From: Eledone cirrhosa
Lineage: Eukaryota
Length of the DNA: 64,000 nucleotides
NCBI GenBank assembly: GCA_964016885.1
Contig: OZ024742.1
Location: 319,176,001 to 319,240,000 of the forward strand
Direction: 5' to 3'
Shown here: one piece after another, positions 11,855 through 25,924 of the stretch
How positions within the stretch are numbered: the stretch's first letter is position 1
Layout: each line of letters opens with the position of its first letter
The notes under the pieces: model-generated
Seen by the model: the letters and a program-made list of their open reading frames with translations, nothing else
Told to the model about the DNA's origin: nothing
The model's database searches: none
Made by a program: the position numbers and the translations under genes

Positions 11855-14800
11855 GGGATTCACAAGAAATTAATGATGTGGCTTTTTTGCTAAGCATTAT
11901 ATTTTGTAATTTTTCAGGAAAAAAAAACAGTTCAGTATTGTTGTTGATTAGATCTAGGTTAGTTATGATTGAATAGATCCATATGAAAGACATTCTAACC
12001 ATGACCTTCTCATCTCTTTGTATATCAGAAGCTACATTGTTCAATGTATCCTTCTTTATTTGATATGGGAGGTGTGATTTGAGGGAGATTTGGAAGCTGT
12101 TTCAAGTAGGTTGAGTAATTACTTAGAGGCTCCTTCATTGGTTTCAGATTTGTGGTGATATTTAATACTTCTTCTCCCACTTAATCCCAGGAGGGTCATG
12201 GGGGAAGAGTCCTCAAACACTCCTTCCAGCAAGTCCTGTCAGAAGCAACCGCCTCCAACTGATCCGGCTGGATCCCCAAGCGAGACCAGCCAAGCTCATA
12301 GATGTTATCCAACTAACTTGCTTGGGGTCTACCCTTGGGTCTCCTGCCGGCTGGTTTTGTCCGTAAAATCTGTCCAGTGACATTCTAACCACATGCATAT
12401 AGATAGTATCATATATATTTACAGAACATAAATATTTACAAGTCCAATAACAAAGATAATTGGAAACAATTTTCTGCTGCAGTTCAGTTACAGTTAACCA
12501 GAAGTAATAATACTTGGATTCATACAACAGAATGTTATTACAAAGCATGATGCTATTACGATAGAAGTGAAATAACCAACTGGATATGGTATTTAATTAT
12601 TAAATTATAGTACTCCAGATCAAATCCACTCTAGGCAATGTTGTATATGTACAAATGATTTTATATGCTTCAGCTTGGAAATAAAATGCACTTTACTGCT
12701 AAATCAAGCAGGGGCTCTATATCAAAGAAAAAAAATAATATGATAGGACCCTGGTCTGAAACTTGTCTCTACTTCATCTGACATATAACACTATGTTCTC
12801 CTCCTACTGATTTAGTTACCATGCATACACTCCAAATCTTTCAAGCAGAAAAGATGTTCCCATCCTATCAAGTAAGAAATCTATCCATAATTCAATCAAT
12901 CAATCACATGAAACAAGCGCCAAGTCTTGACACAGTCAGATGTCTACATTTACCTTATATCCTCAAATATAAGCCGACCCTATTTTATATGAGAAAAAGG
13001 CAAAAAATTGAACCGTTTATAAGATGAGGCAGGTAATCAACACATTATGTTTAGATGGTGCAGTTTTGAAATTCTCATGAGCAAATTATATATTTATGAA
13101 GTATTAATATTTAAAATTTCATTTAGAGTATAGTTTTTGTTTCACATAATGATTTTTTTTTCAAATTTACGACTGTTTTGAAGGGCATATTTATTCAAAA
13201 CACATTAAAAACAGCAGGAAGTACGAATTTCACGTCAAGATTGAAACAGGTGTAATATTTACTGCCAAACTGAAACCAGTATAAAATTCACCTTAAAATT
13301 TTAGCACCTTATTTACTTAGTATTTTGAAATGACCCCCCCACCACCACCATTTTGCCATCGCTTTTTTTGTCATATTTTTCAGCTTATATATGCAGTATC
13401 TCACATCAATGGAAACCGGTCAAATAGCCCACATCAAATACTACAATTTCAATGGAGAACATCTGATTTATATTATAAAAAGAAGGCAAGAATTTAAATG
13501 TTCACCATCTAAGTTACATGGACTTTGACTTTAAAACTGAAATAAATATAGCACAACGGTTCAGAGAAAGTATTATTGTAACCAATAACAAATACAAATT
13601 CGAGTATAAGCAGTGAATTGGCAGAGTTATTAGCATGTCGTATAATACGCTTTGCAGTATTAGTTCTGGCTCTGAGTTCAAATCCTACTTGAATCAACTT
13701 TACCTTTCATCCCTTTGTACTGTGGTTTTGACTCTTCCTCATTTCTTCTCTATCACTTCCTTTCTTCTTCCCTGGAAGAAATTAGTTGCGTTCCAACCTG
13801 GAGAGGGATGGGTTCTGTCAGGTTTAAAGAACCCAAGAATGTTCACAACCGGTGCCCTTGTACCTCCATCAGGAGTTACATGTCCATACATATGAACTAA
13901 AGTAAAACATAACTCTTAAAAGAGAAAGACCAAGTCAAATGAGAAACTGTAGAATAATGTTACAGTTGCAAAACAACTCCTGAAACTGATTGGGGAGAGG
14001 GAGAACCATAACTTACTGAATAGTGCTAACCACCACTTTGATCCATGTAAGTAACCCAGTTAGAAGTTGATAATAAATGGGCTAGTAGATTTAGCAGCCT
14101 CCTGAAGTATTTCTCACAAGAGCTGGGTGCATGTTGTATCAGGTAACAAGTCTCCACTGAAAAATCACTTCTATATGTACCCACTAACAAACAGCAACAC
14201 AGTGCAAGAGAAGCTGTAACAGGAAACAGCATATCAAGAACCTGATCCAAAGTGGCTTTACCAAAGGCACTGAAAGCCAAGTTATATTAAAATGGGTAAC
14301 ACTAAGTTTACTACAAAACATACAGAAATGTTTGGATGGGCATTAGCATCAATGGAAACATCACTTGTGTCCTACCACCCCTAGTTGTAGACAACACACA
14401 ACTAAAACCTTCAAAGCTGGAACTTATATATTACTTTTCTTTTATTTTTACAAGGTAGCTTTGACAGAAACAGCAGTGCCCATGGCCTTCATAGGTTCTC
14501 TGAGACCAGAGAGATTAATACTGTTGATAGCTCTGTTTATATTGTTGCAGGTCTTGTCCTTTAGGAAAAAATATGAGCAGGAATTGAGTTCCAAAAGACC
14601 AATGTTCTGGGCAGGAAACTGAAGATAGTGGTTAGTGTGGAGCATGGAACAGTTTCAACACAACATAGGTGATGGGAAAAGGAGAGATGAGTGAGTCAGA
14701 AGTGTCAGTGGGAGATGGCATGAGTTTGACAAGCTCCAAAATGGTAGAAGAGACAGCACATCTGTGGGCCTAAGGATGGAAAATGTCAGAAAGTGATGAG

Positions 14801-15859
14801 GCCTCGCAATCACTAATGATCTTTTCTGCCAAACTAACATCTACAACACTGAAAAACTGCATCCCAAAAACTAGCTTTCTTCAAAGCCAGAAAATATTTC
14901 AGCTGTCAAGAACTACTATTTACAAAGCCCATCAAATGAAGATGTAACATGTTTTGAATGCCTCATTGCAATTCAAGTGGTAAACCACTGAATGGCAGAG
15001 TGTACAGAACAGTTACTGGACCAAATTAGAACATAAATGAACCTCCTCAACATAGTATAGACTGCATAATAAACATTGGATTTATTCTTTAAAGTCAGAA
15101 TGTACTTCAGCTCCTAAGTTACTAAATCTCTACAAGATTCAAGTGAGATGCCCAATGAAATATTTCTCCCACACCTAGGTCAGTGCATCCCAGACCATAT
15201 CCAGAAAAAGGCCACCTGACTGTTAGTGATTCACTCACCACCCTGTCACCCACTCTGCCTCTTTTAATGCAACTATACTGGTCTCATCTCCTTTGAGCTG
15301 ACTAATCTCATGTGGCCTCATAACTCATTTCTCCTCTCATCAGCCATATTGTGTCTGCTGCCCACCACAAAACCAATACAACCAATTTTTCCTCCTGAAA
15401 ATGTCATCATTCTTGAATTTCCTCCCAGCCAATGTTCTTTTTTTCCTGCAATCAATGACTCGCAGTTTTTCATGAGGAACATCGACCCTATTAACTTCAT
15501 CTGTCTAACAGACCTCTAGACCAATCCAATGAGAAAACTGAAAGGCTCAATTTCTTTTGTATCAATAGAAAGGTGCACATGTGTCAGTGCATCAATAGAA
15601 ATTCTGTGCATGTTTGTGTGTGTAGCGGTGTGCCACCAGTTGCAACAATGACTGCACCAGTTGTTCAATTAAATGGAACAGCTTGCTTGTAAAATTAACT
15701 TGTACATGTCTGAGCATTTCACAGACACGTGTATCCTTAACATAATTTTCAGAGAGATTCAATGTGACACAGTGTGACATGGTTGGCCCTTTGAATTACA
15801 AGTAAAGTCCATCAAATGAACTTCCAAACAGTTTCCGTCCATCTAGTTTCACTCACAGG

Positions 15860-16132
15860 CAGAGGTGTAACTAGGGTATAGCAAGCATGGCATGTGCCAT
15901 GGGCGCATAAGAGCAAATATTAAAGTCAAATAAGCCTCTTCGGAGAGTGAAAAAAGAAACTCTTTCAGATGTATGATCTGTCTCTGATTATCATGAGTGA
16001 GAACACTATGGTGACTGGACCATTAAGCTATATATATAAATTATTAGGCCTCCATAGGTAAAAATACAGTACTGGACATGGGCGCAATTTCACTGCTGGT
16101 GATAGGCGCTATTTTCCCTAGTTATGCCTCTG
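15860..16132. mobile_element. hAT-type MITE with 17-bp TIR and 8-bp TSD, nested in a SINE
   Basis: TIRs CAGAGGTGTAACTAGGG / CCCTAGTTATGCCTCTG; flanks CTCACAGG (15852-15859) and CTCACAAG (16133-16140). Confidence 0.85.
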
Positions 16133-18174
16133 CTCACAAGGCTACACAAGGATATGGTAAAAGACATTTGCCCAAGATGGTACACAGTGAGATAGAACCA
16201 GGGAATTAGTGATTGCAAAACAAATTTCTTAACCATTCAGCCATGCTGTGCTTTCACCAGCGGCAATGGGGAACATTGTCACAACAGAAAAATGGGTGTG
16301 CATATGCGTGTGTGTACCGGCATCAATAGTGTGTGTGTATTTTAGTATCAATAGAAAAGTGTGTTTATGTCAGCGTCACTAAAAAATGAATGTGTGTAAT
16401 GATGGAAATAGATATCTCTTTACAATATAGCTATCCTTAATGTTAGTGGTATTCAACGGTGGCCACACCACCGATAGCTCAAACGTAAATCATTAAAATC
16501 AGCTGTTACTTTTTCTCCTTAAATCATACAGCATAAATTATTGCTATAATAATTTTTTTTCTGCCCTAGGCGGTCAAAATTGCACCACACACACACACTC
16601 ATATATATATATATATATATGGAACAATCTGAAAAGCCAAGTTTTGGCGAAACTTCGGGGTCATTGTCAACGCTCTAATAATGCATTGTTGACTACACCT
16701 GGTATTGAATCTTTTGTTCTGTTAATGTTTATTGTCTTTATATGTTTAAATTTACTTTACACACACATACATCCAAGTGGTACACATTTTATTAACATAG
16801 GCGAAAGACGAACTGGCGATAACTCAGCCATAAACACGATTCCGTTAGCCATGTATTACCACAGGCTCGTATCGTTTACGTTGTCTATACTTCCTTGTGA
16901 TAATAATGAGGAAAATTTTAATTGCTTAAATCAGACAGACATAAAGCTTTATTGTACTAGTGAAGTGGCATAGTCGATTAAATCCACCTCAATATTTTAC
17001 ATGTACATATGAAAGGATCATTCATATACACAAGTCGACGCTCGACACCGTTAGAATAAATTTAATTCTTATGTACAAGATCAGAGTTTAGTCGATGAAA
17101 TCGAACATAATATAGTTACCCATACTGATTCTATCGACCCTGGAGTGGCGAAAGACAATGTCAGTAGATGGTTGTGGAATTTGAAACCAAAACATGAGAT
17201 CGCGAATTAGGAAATACCTGAAAGCATTAAGTCAGCTCGTCTTTATAATGATTTGTAACGTATTAATAAATAATTAATGATTTCTAACATAGACACACAA
17301 TCATTATTGGGGAGGGAAGTAATCGATTTAATCAACTACGCCAGCGCTGGTCTGGTAATTATAATGACAATTGCTTTTACATAACCAGGAATCTTGTGAT
17401 TGTTTAGTAAAGGGGTTATATAAAGATGAGGTGTTTAACAAAAATTAGGCGATGACACCCCCCCCCCCCCAAAAAAAAAATACGACATACAATGGGAGGG
17501 GGATCTTGTTTCATGTTTTGTTTTGAATTTCTAACAAGAAATATGTTATTCTATCAAGTTATCGGGATAAATATACACGAGAAAAAGTCTGCACATTTTA
17601 TAAAATCACATAAGGTATATACATATATATATACACATATTTGTCATTTACTACATGCGACATACTATCGTTAGTCAGCTTAGAGAGAGAGAGAGAGAGG
17701 GAGAGAGCGAGAAGGCTAGCTGAAATTGATTTATTTTTGTTATTTTACATGACAAGAATATTTGTACTTTAACACACACACATAGAGATTCGTTTAACTT
17801 TCTAAAAAGCTTTCTTCCCAGTTTATGATATCGTTAGTCGATTGAACGTGTCTATGTCTTCCTATTTCTTTTCAAAATCATGCCGGGGTCCCCTTTCCAT
17901 GGCATCCCTCCGGGGTCAATGACATCTACCAGACAAGTACAAGGCTGGTATCGATTAAATTTAACATAGCCCTCTTCCGAAAATCGTGGTCATATGCCAA
18001 TATATTATTATACATAAAGTGACATTATATAACAGCTGATTGGAGGATTTGCTCACACAGCAAATATATACTTTAAAAAACCAACAATAGTAAATAATAA
18101 TAATAATAAAATTAGAAGTTGGAAAAAAAGATCGCGAAAAAACTGAATAATATTTTTTCCTCCAGTTTACTTAC

Positions 18175-18360
18175 CAGCTCATTTTTCGATTGGGTTTGGT
18201 TTTATATATTATTTGTGAGATTATTATTGTTTTGCAAAATGAATCCAATCCTGTTGAGTCGTAAAAAAAACACAGAGGAGCAAATATAATTCATAAGTAC
18301 AGTGATGGCTTCTTGCAGCGGTCTTAAGGGAAAGACGTCCCACCAACATTACTTCCGTCT
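18175..18360 (-). promoter_or_regulatory. Probable ZYG11 first (5'-UTR) exon and promoter
   Basis: Consensus donor CTG|gtaagta at 18175/18174, an Ets-like CGGAAGT at ~18351-18357 and GCCAT (YY1-like) at ~18305-18310 on the minus strand, in a TE-poor, CpG-richer patch. The TSS is inferred. Confidence 0.55.
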
Positions 18361-18889
18361 TAACAACCACTACGCAATAATCAGCACTTCTCACTCGTAA
18401 CTATCATGCAGCACACATACAATCTCAGTGACACATCACACATGGATATGTATTTGTTTGTGTGTGTATGTGCGTATATGATTTCTAGAGAGCGAGAGAT
18501 GTAAAGATGTGTACGGTGCTGTTTTTACTATTTTTACAAGGTAGGAAAAGACCAAAAACAACAATATGATTAACACCGTTCCAAGAAATCTCTTTTTCGT
18601 ACACGAAATGAATTAAACAAAGGCATGCTAATAGAAAATGACTTTTAGAAAACATTACAAAAATCAAAGATCTATTTTTCATATTGCATCTAATGAAATC
18701 TAATATAGGCACAAGGCCAGAATTTCTAAAAAAAAAGTATGATCGATTCACCCGACTTTAACACTTCATTTGTTTTTATTTAATCCTGGAAGGATGTAAA
18801 ATAAAATCGACCTCAGAGGTCATTGACCTCTGACAGAAAACGATATCCATATGTGCATTCATCTATGTGCCTGCACGTTCATCCGTGTT

Positions 18890-19490
18890 TGGAAAACGGA
18901 TTGAATTGCAATCTAAGGACTCGCCCACCCTAACGCTAACTCTAACCGCCTGTAGGAAGGGAGGTCGTAGGTAGACTGACAGGGAAGGTAAACTGTATGT
19001 AGCAGCTACACTGTGGTTATTTGTAAGGATGCACACGAATTGTATGCTTTCAAATACTTGGTAGGCTCATTTAAAGTAGTTGATAGCTTTTGTTACCCAG
19101 GTGCCCTAATAAGTAGCAAAGGAGATGAAAAGTTTAGGAAGATATTCAGGAAATGCTTCTCTCTCATGGTAAAGAACAGATTGTATGATGCTTATGTATG
19201 AAGTGCCATACTGCATGGTAGCAAGACCTTTGAACAAGGAAGATTTGTAATAGCCAGAAAGAATTGAAGTGAGCATGTGTAATGCTAGTGTGTGTGAATG
19301 AGAGAATTGGATATAAAAGGAACAATGTAATGTGCAAGAGAGAAGACTACACTAGTCCAGGCATATAATGTGTGTGGGGGATGTCAGTTGTATAAAAAAG
19401 TGTTAGTGCTGAATGTGGATGGAACTTGTGGAAAGGAGAGACCAAGGAATACATGGGACAAACTGGTGAAGACTTATTTCAACTATAAAG
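18890..19490 (+). mobile_element. Highly decayed RTE C-terminal fragment
   Basis: VVDSFCYPG, RLYDAYV, ctgcatggtagcaagacc and ggagagaccaaggaatacatggga parallel the element at 1190-1700. Confidence 0.68.
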
Positions 19491-21637
19491 AACAGTCATT
19501 TATTGGTAACAAGTGATTCTAGAGAAGACTTGCCAAGGATAGAGGTTGGGCTGTATGTCATTAAGTTTCTCACCCAATATCCTCCTGTTAAGTCCCCATC
19601 TGCTGCCCTATTTCTTACCTGTTACTCTATTCAATATACCACCCATTCTCACTTATCATCACCCATCTCTGTTGCTATCCATCACTTGCTCTCTCCTACC
19701 ATGGTGCAACTTTATTGCTATCTCATCATGCTGCTCATGCTTTTTTCTATTCAACCCCCACCAACAGCCAGCATATGACAACCGCTATTTATCTTCCTCA
19801 CTTAGGATACTATCATACTGTTTCACCCATCACGCTCACATCCTTGTTCATTCTCTTGGTCATCACCCTTCTATTCATGCTCTTGGTCATGTTTGCCTTG
19901 AAAGAATAGATACAATGGAGAGAGGACTCTTTAGTCTTGCAGTGGACAAGGCAACTTCTTTAGTATTCATGCCAATATAAACTGCACTCACTAAAATGGT
20001 TAGTGATCAAACAAAAATAATGTAGAGTAAAGAGAATCCTTTAGACTTGTTGAGGCCATGACAACCTCTTTAGTGCTGGAACCACAATAAAATCCACTCA
20101 GTAACCTCTGTATAGTAGTTGATATTAGGAAGGACATCCAGTCATAGAAATGAAACATCTAGGAGGGCAGTAACTCTGAGTTAAAACTGAATTAGACAAT
20201 GATAGTCTATCCAAACCATGTCAACATAGAAGGTGATGTAAAGCAATGATGCTGATATATCGTCATTACTATTTAACATGTTTGCCATGCTTGCATGGGT
20301 TAGACAGCTGTTGTGTGTTGAAGCCTGACCAGTCAGGTGACTAGGTCCCGCTCAGATGCTTCATTTTGGCTTGGTTTCTACAGATGGACACACTTTACAG
20401 CAACATGGTTTCTATGGCTGTATGCCCCTTTTAACCCCAACCACTTTACAGCATATACTGGGAGCATTTTATCATGACCTTTCAGAGTGAACTGTGTGCT
20501 TTTGCCATGGCACCAGCACCACCTCATTTGACCCCCTATTCATTAGTATGGCTGGGAAAGCATTGGTAGAGGTTGGGACTGGGGAGATGTGTACAGCCCT
20601 CACACTGCAGGTAAGGGAAGTGTTGGGTCACAGAGGTGACCTTGAAGTGAAGGAATCGTGTCTGACATAATGTGAAAGTGTGCCTGGCTTCCCTTCATGG
20701 CCTAAATGTGTGTCAAGATAAGGCATTTATATGCTACATGCAGTGGTGAAGGGGGAGATGTTGGATCATCAGGGTAGCCTGGGAGTGTGTCTGGCTTTGC
20801 ATAGTAGCTTGGGTTGGACAGAGAAAATGTGTTGGGGAATGGGGAAGGCAAGGGTTCGACAGGGAAAGTGAATCAGTCAAGAGCTCCTAGCTTTCCATGC
20901 TAGCATAGATTGGATGAAGGAGTCAGGAGTATATCAGTAAGCAAGGATCTACAAATTGTTCTATCTCTTTGCTACTTCAGGTTTAGGGTGGGGAAAGGAA
21001 TCAGAGGCATGCTGGCAGGGAATTCAGCAGTATACTGGCAGGTGGGGGTGAACCTGAATGTTGTATCATCTCTCTGCTTCGGAGTTTAGGGTAGAGGGAG
21101 ATAGGTAGTGGTTGGAGGAGTGAGGAACATACTGGCAGGTAGGAGCGATTTTCCTTGTGCTTGTTTCATCTTGCATACATGGGAAGAAAAGTCCCCTGTA
21201 TTACGGAATATCACCATTTTTCTTGATCCTGGTTCATCGCTTTTGTGAGGTTCAGTTACTTCATCTCATGTTTTTCTAGATCTTCCTCCTCCAAAAATTC
21301 CTTTGACTATATTTATACATGCACCACCATCCTCATCATTGACTTTATAAGTAATTAGCTTGTGCCCTATGTCACTAGATATTTTAATCATCTCAGTACT
21401 ATCTCTGGCAGGTCCCTCTAATGGGTAATTGATTAAGTGACTGCCCAGTTTCCTGAAGTTAATACTGCAAATGGCTAGGTCATTTGCATCATAGAACTCC
21501 TTCCTCATTCTTTATACCATATCCATAGCCCCCATATATGTTTGAGAAGCCTTCTTGGTTCATTTCAACATGTCCATTAAAATCACTAGCAGTTATAATA
21601 AGCTCGTTATTCTTTGTTTGTTCATTATAGATGTATT

Positions 21638-21940
21638 ATGACTGAATGATTAAGGAGTTTCCTTTGCAATCATCAAGTCCCAGGTTTGATCCCACTGTGT
21701 ATCAACTTTGGTGAATGTCATTTACCATAGCATCAGGTTGACCTATGACTTGTGAATGAAATCGGGTAGACAAAAGTTGTTTGGCAGTTCATCAAATGGA
21801 CTGTACCTGTAATTCAAAGGGGGCTTAAGTTAAAGGTACATGTGTTTGTGGAATGCTCAGCCACTTACATGTTAATTTCATGAGCAAGCTGTTTCACTGA
21901 TCGAACAACTTGAACACATTGTTAAAACCGCTGGAGGTCT
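21638..21940 (+). mobile_element. tRNA-derived SINE family C. Other copies ~15640-16246 (-) and 62021-62130 (+)
   Basis: Head atg(g/a)ctgaatg(g/a)ttaag...ggtt(t/c)...cccactg...ttgggcaa(g/a)tgtc shared among the copies. Confidence 0.62.
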
Positions 21941-22779
21941 ATTCTACTGTTATCCATTATCAAAGCAGTCTGCAGAAGAACTTTTTTAAGATGGTAGGAT
22001 GTTATTTGAAGGAGGAAATTTGGTTGCTATTTCTAGCAGAGTTAGTGATTGTGTAGTAAACCCCTTGTTGGCTTGAGGATATTTTAGTAAATATAGGATA
22101 TAACTAATAAACTACAATATATATTCATTTCACACATAAATGAAATAAACACAAATATGACTCTTACTGAGAAACTATAAATGAGTGATTAGATGATATA
22201 TTGGCTTCAGTCAAATATGTGATGTTCATGCATTTCTCCAACTCCTCACTTGCATTAATGAAGTGACAACAACCATTCAAAACTGGTAGTAGATATGCTT
22301 CTACTATGATACTTGTGTAAATGTGGGATAGGCCATGTTTATATACTACTCTAGTTCTTTTTTTTTTATAGCTAATCTTAAATTTTGTTTGAGCCATTAA
22401 GTTTTTTTTTTATGTAGGATAGGTTTTCAAAACATTAATAACACAATTTTCAATTTTTTAAGTAATGATATTAATTGGTGTATGCTTCATATCTTGTCTA
22501 AAATTTTCTCTTTGCCTTTCTCTTCCACATATCAATCTCATTACCATCAATATTATGTCTATTTTCCCACAAATATCCCGATATCTAAAAACCTTTACCA
22601 TCTCAAAGGTAATCAATAAGTTTCTATAAAAGTCTAAGTGTTTTAATAAGGAGTTAAATTCCTGGCAAACCGAGTATGTAGCTTGATTTTAATTCAGAGT
22701 TGTAGTCAACTTAACTTACTTAACAATTCAAGGTATTGTGTCTATGAAAGGAATAAATATGAACTTTCTTGCCAGATTT

Positions 22780-22987
22780 CCCTTTAGCATTTTCATTACT
22801 CTATATTTACTATTATATTTTCATAGTAAAGGCTTTATCTCACATAACAACGAATCTACGAGATTTTGATACTATTTACTTTGAGAAAAATACCTTAACA
22901 TCAGTAGGAGCGGCTGTTTACAGTCGGTTTGAACAGAAAGAGGTGAGAGAATTTTGGCTGGATATGGCCGGTGTAAATGCTAATGGG
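22780..22987 (+). mobile_element. piggyBac-type MITE, copy 4 (TSD decayed)
   Basis: CCCTTTAGCATTT ... AAATGCTAATGGG with the same internal sequence. Confidence 0.8.
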
Positions 22988-23184
22988 TTTGTCAATGTTT
23001 CTATTTTCATCTTTCCCTGAAGGCTGTGGGCACAACTGATCCCCTAAGACCAAATCCTTGAACAAACAAAAAACATCCAACTAAATGACAACTAATATTT
23101 AGTAAGGTTCCTTTAGCTTCTGAGGTCAAATCCTACTTAAGACTGATTATGCCTGTTTTCCTTCAATGAAATAATTTGTTGTCA

Positions 23185-23460
23185 TATGGCCTAGTGGTTA
23201 AGGTGTTGGACTTATGATCGTAATATCATAGGTTCAATTCTTGAACTGAGTGGTGCATTGTATTCACGAGCAAAACACTTTATTTCACATTGCTCCAGTT
23301 AACTTAGTTGAAAATGAGTACCAACAATAGCTGGGAGTTGATCCTTGGATGGACTGTCATATTGTCCAGTGGGGAGTCTTGTACTCTCTGTCACTTCACA
23401 CTAATGAAACTAGAAACAGCCGCTCGATGAGCCTCCGGGCATGGGGCAGATTTCAACTTA
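23185..23460 (+). mobile_element. tRNA-derived SINE family B. Other copies ~30091-30365, 34243-34360, 62350-62560
   Basis: Box A tggcctagtggttaagg, box B ggttcaattc, body gagcaa(g/a)acactttatttcacattgctcc...aaatgagtacc. Confidence 0.72.
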
Positions 23461-25279
23461 TTTTAGCATGTACTTGAAGAGTCATTTCAAATCACTTCAC
23501 TTTCCCACAAATTTGTTGTCTTTTGTGAATGTTAAAAATTAATTCCGAACGTAAAGGGCCGTAACTCTATGCCGCAAAGCAAACTATTTTTTTCCCTTGA
23601 TAATTGAATCAATGATGTGTTGGAAACAAGCCACTCCAAAAAGAATTTAAGTAAAGTGGTAAAGCTTCTTATATCTAACTGAAACTTGATGATAACACAA
23701 AGTTTATGAAGACACCCAACTTGTTCAAACTGTCATGAGAGAACTGTAAGGACATTTTCAAAACTCTTAACCTAAAATTTCTGTTCTTGAACTGTCATTG
23801 AGGAGTTGGGAGTGGCATCGAGCCATTCATATCCAAACAGATGATTGGATCTGAATTGATGCACTCCATTTTTGATTAAAATAAGAGCCATAGCTCAAGA
23901 CGGTAAAATTAGGAAACAATCATAGAAAAGTTAAACTGAACATAAAATTAGCAGGACTCAAGATTATGAATAATAATAATAAAAAAAAGAGTGAGAGGAT
24001 AGATATGTATGGCAAGAAGACATTTGGAAGTTTCTATGAGACAGCCTATATAGGACACTGACAAGACTTGTGGCCAGAATATCATCACAGTATTGAGATC
24101 ACCCAACTCCGTAAAATCTCATCACACTTGTCATATACACATGCCATACTTTCCCACCCCTTTAAAACCCACATCATACTGCTTATTACTCTCCCCACAA
24201 AAAACCATCTCACTTGAGAGAGCTCTTGAGACAGACTGATAATCTTCCTTGTGTTGCTGCCACAATAAAATGCACCCAGTACACTTTGCAAAGTGGTTGG
24301 TGTTAGAAAATGACTTCCAGCTGTAGAAACTATGCTAAAAGGATTCAATCATGGCATAACAACCTCTCTAGTACTGAAACCATGAAAAATGCACTAACTA
24401 CACTCCGTAAAGTGGCTGGTGATTGGAAGGACATCCAGCTGTATAAACCATGCCAAACAAAAAATTCCTCAGTTGTGTCAAGGGCACAACTCCTCTAGTG
24501 TTGGTACCACAGGAAAATGTATCAACTACACTCTGTAAAGGGTTGATAACAGGAAGGACATCCAGTTAGAAGAAACTTTCCTAGTGCTGGAGCCATGATA
24601 AAATGCACCCACTACACTCTGTACAGTGTAGATGCAGCCCATGGCCCATCTGCGAAAACAATAGCTCTGACTAAGTACTGACTTAGTGATGATCTACCTA
24701 AATCCTGCTAGCATGGAAAACTGATGTTAAACGATGATGATAAAGTATGGGTTGACATCAGGAAAAGCATCCAGCCATGGAAAAATTGTCTGAAAAAGCT
24801 TCATCCAACTCAAGCAAACATGAAAAATTGGATATGAATGTGAACATTGTAATATCTTGGACATATATTATATAGTTCTATTGGTGCAATGATCTGACCC
24901 GATACCTCAGCCTCACATGGCAAAGATAGGAAGCAATGGAGGTCAACCAAAGGTTCCTCCAACACAAATGAGGTCCCAGATTGGGACAGATTTAAAGAAA
25001 TTTGTCACTATCGCAGCAACTGAGAAAACTTGACCAAGCCACAAATGAATTGTTTGGTTTGGTTGCACGAAAATGGTCAGCAACAAAATTATTGGGCTGG
25101 AAGATATGGTTAAGGATTGAGAATGATGGAGAGGAATTGTTCATCACATATTTGCTGAGGCATCATGAGGATGACTGCTGTGTTCTCATAGTTTACATTT
25201 CACATTGTCAGCAATATTTAGGTCCAAACCTAATGTTTCTAGTTTATAAAAAGCAGCTTTATTGTAATTTCCTCTGATA

Positions 25280-25590
25280 ATTTATTAACAATAAATACTT
25301 TTTATTAACAAATAAATGTAAAATTACACACACACATACACCAGGTCCGAACACAGAGAAACGAAACTCCCACTCATCGTCTCCGTTTCTCCTGCCCTCG
25401 CCATCTCTCACTATTATGATCAAATGGGGGCCCACGCGCTGGCCACCCCAGACAGAATAAAGAAGGCGTTTCAACAGAGGATGGTGAGGGACATGCGCTG
25501 GAAGAGCCACTCCAGCTTCCGAGGCGCACACGTGCAGCTAGCCAGCTCTGCGTTGATTGTGGTGAGGTGGGAGGTGGCCCTAGGACTAAA
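25280..25590 (-). mobile_element. 3' end of a CRE-like (restriction-like endonuclease) non-LTR retrotransposon, decayed
   Basis: Minus-strand translation PRATSHLTTINAELASCTCAPRKLEWLFQRMSLTILC*NAFFIL resembles the CRE-clade C-terminal motif (GP.A..FL..LG.RL...TGDPRE..FLFQRLS.AIQRGNA..IL). It is followed by a short UTR with AATAAA. Confidence 0.6.
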
Positions 25591-25924
25591 AAGAAACACA
25601 TATTACAATCCTCTTCTCAAAATGAAGGTTATCTCAGAAGTACTGGGAGGCACTTTGTTGCACTTATTTTAAAAACATCAGTTGCTATTGAAAAAGGCAA
25701 ATCATGTTCTTTGATATATTCCACATGCTTTTGTAAATATGGCACTGAAATATTTTCTCATTGAGTTTGAGCTTAGTTTTTCTCACCTTAAACTTTTCAC
25801 TATCAATGAATCACTGTATATTTCTTTGTCAATCTTCACCTCATAGTCAACGCTATATGTTATCATATTTTAATTAAATTGCTATAAAATTATATTTACT
25901 TTATCTGAATATTATTATCATGTG

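Noticed and set aside
13720-15300. Possible decayed LINE 5' region or endonuclease
   Set aside because: It looks TE-derived, but I could not recover diagnostic motifs confidently by eye; it needs a tBLASTx/Dfam search.
18925-18950. Telomere-like CCCTAA repeats
   Set aside because: Only about three degenerate units, inside a decayed RTE fragment.
23185-23270. tRNA gene (also ~30091, 34243, 62021)
   Set aside because: The A/B boxes continue into a shared SINE body, and no intact cloverleaf is evident.
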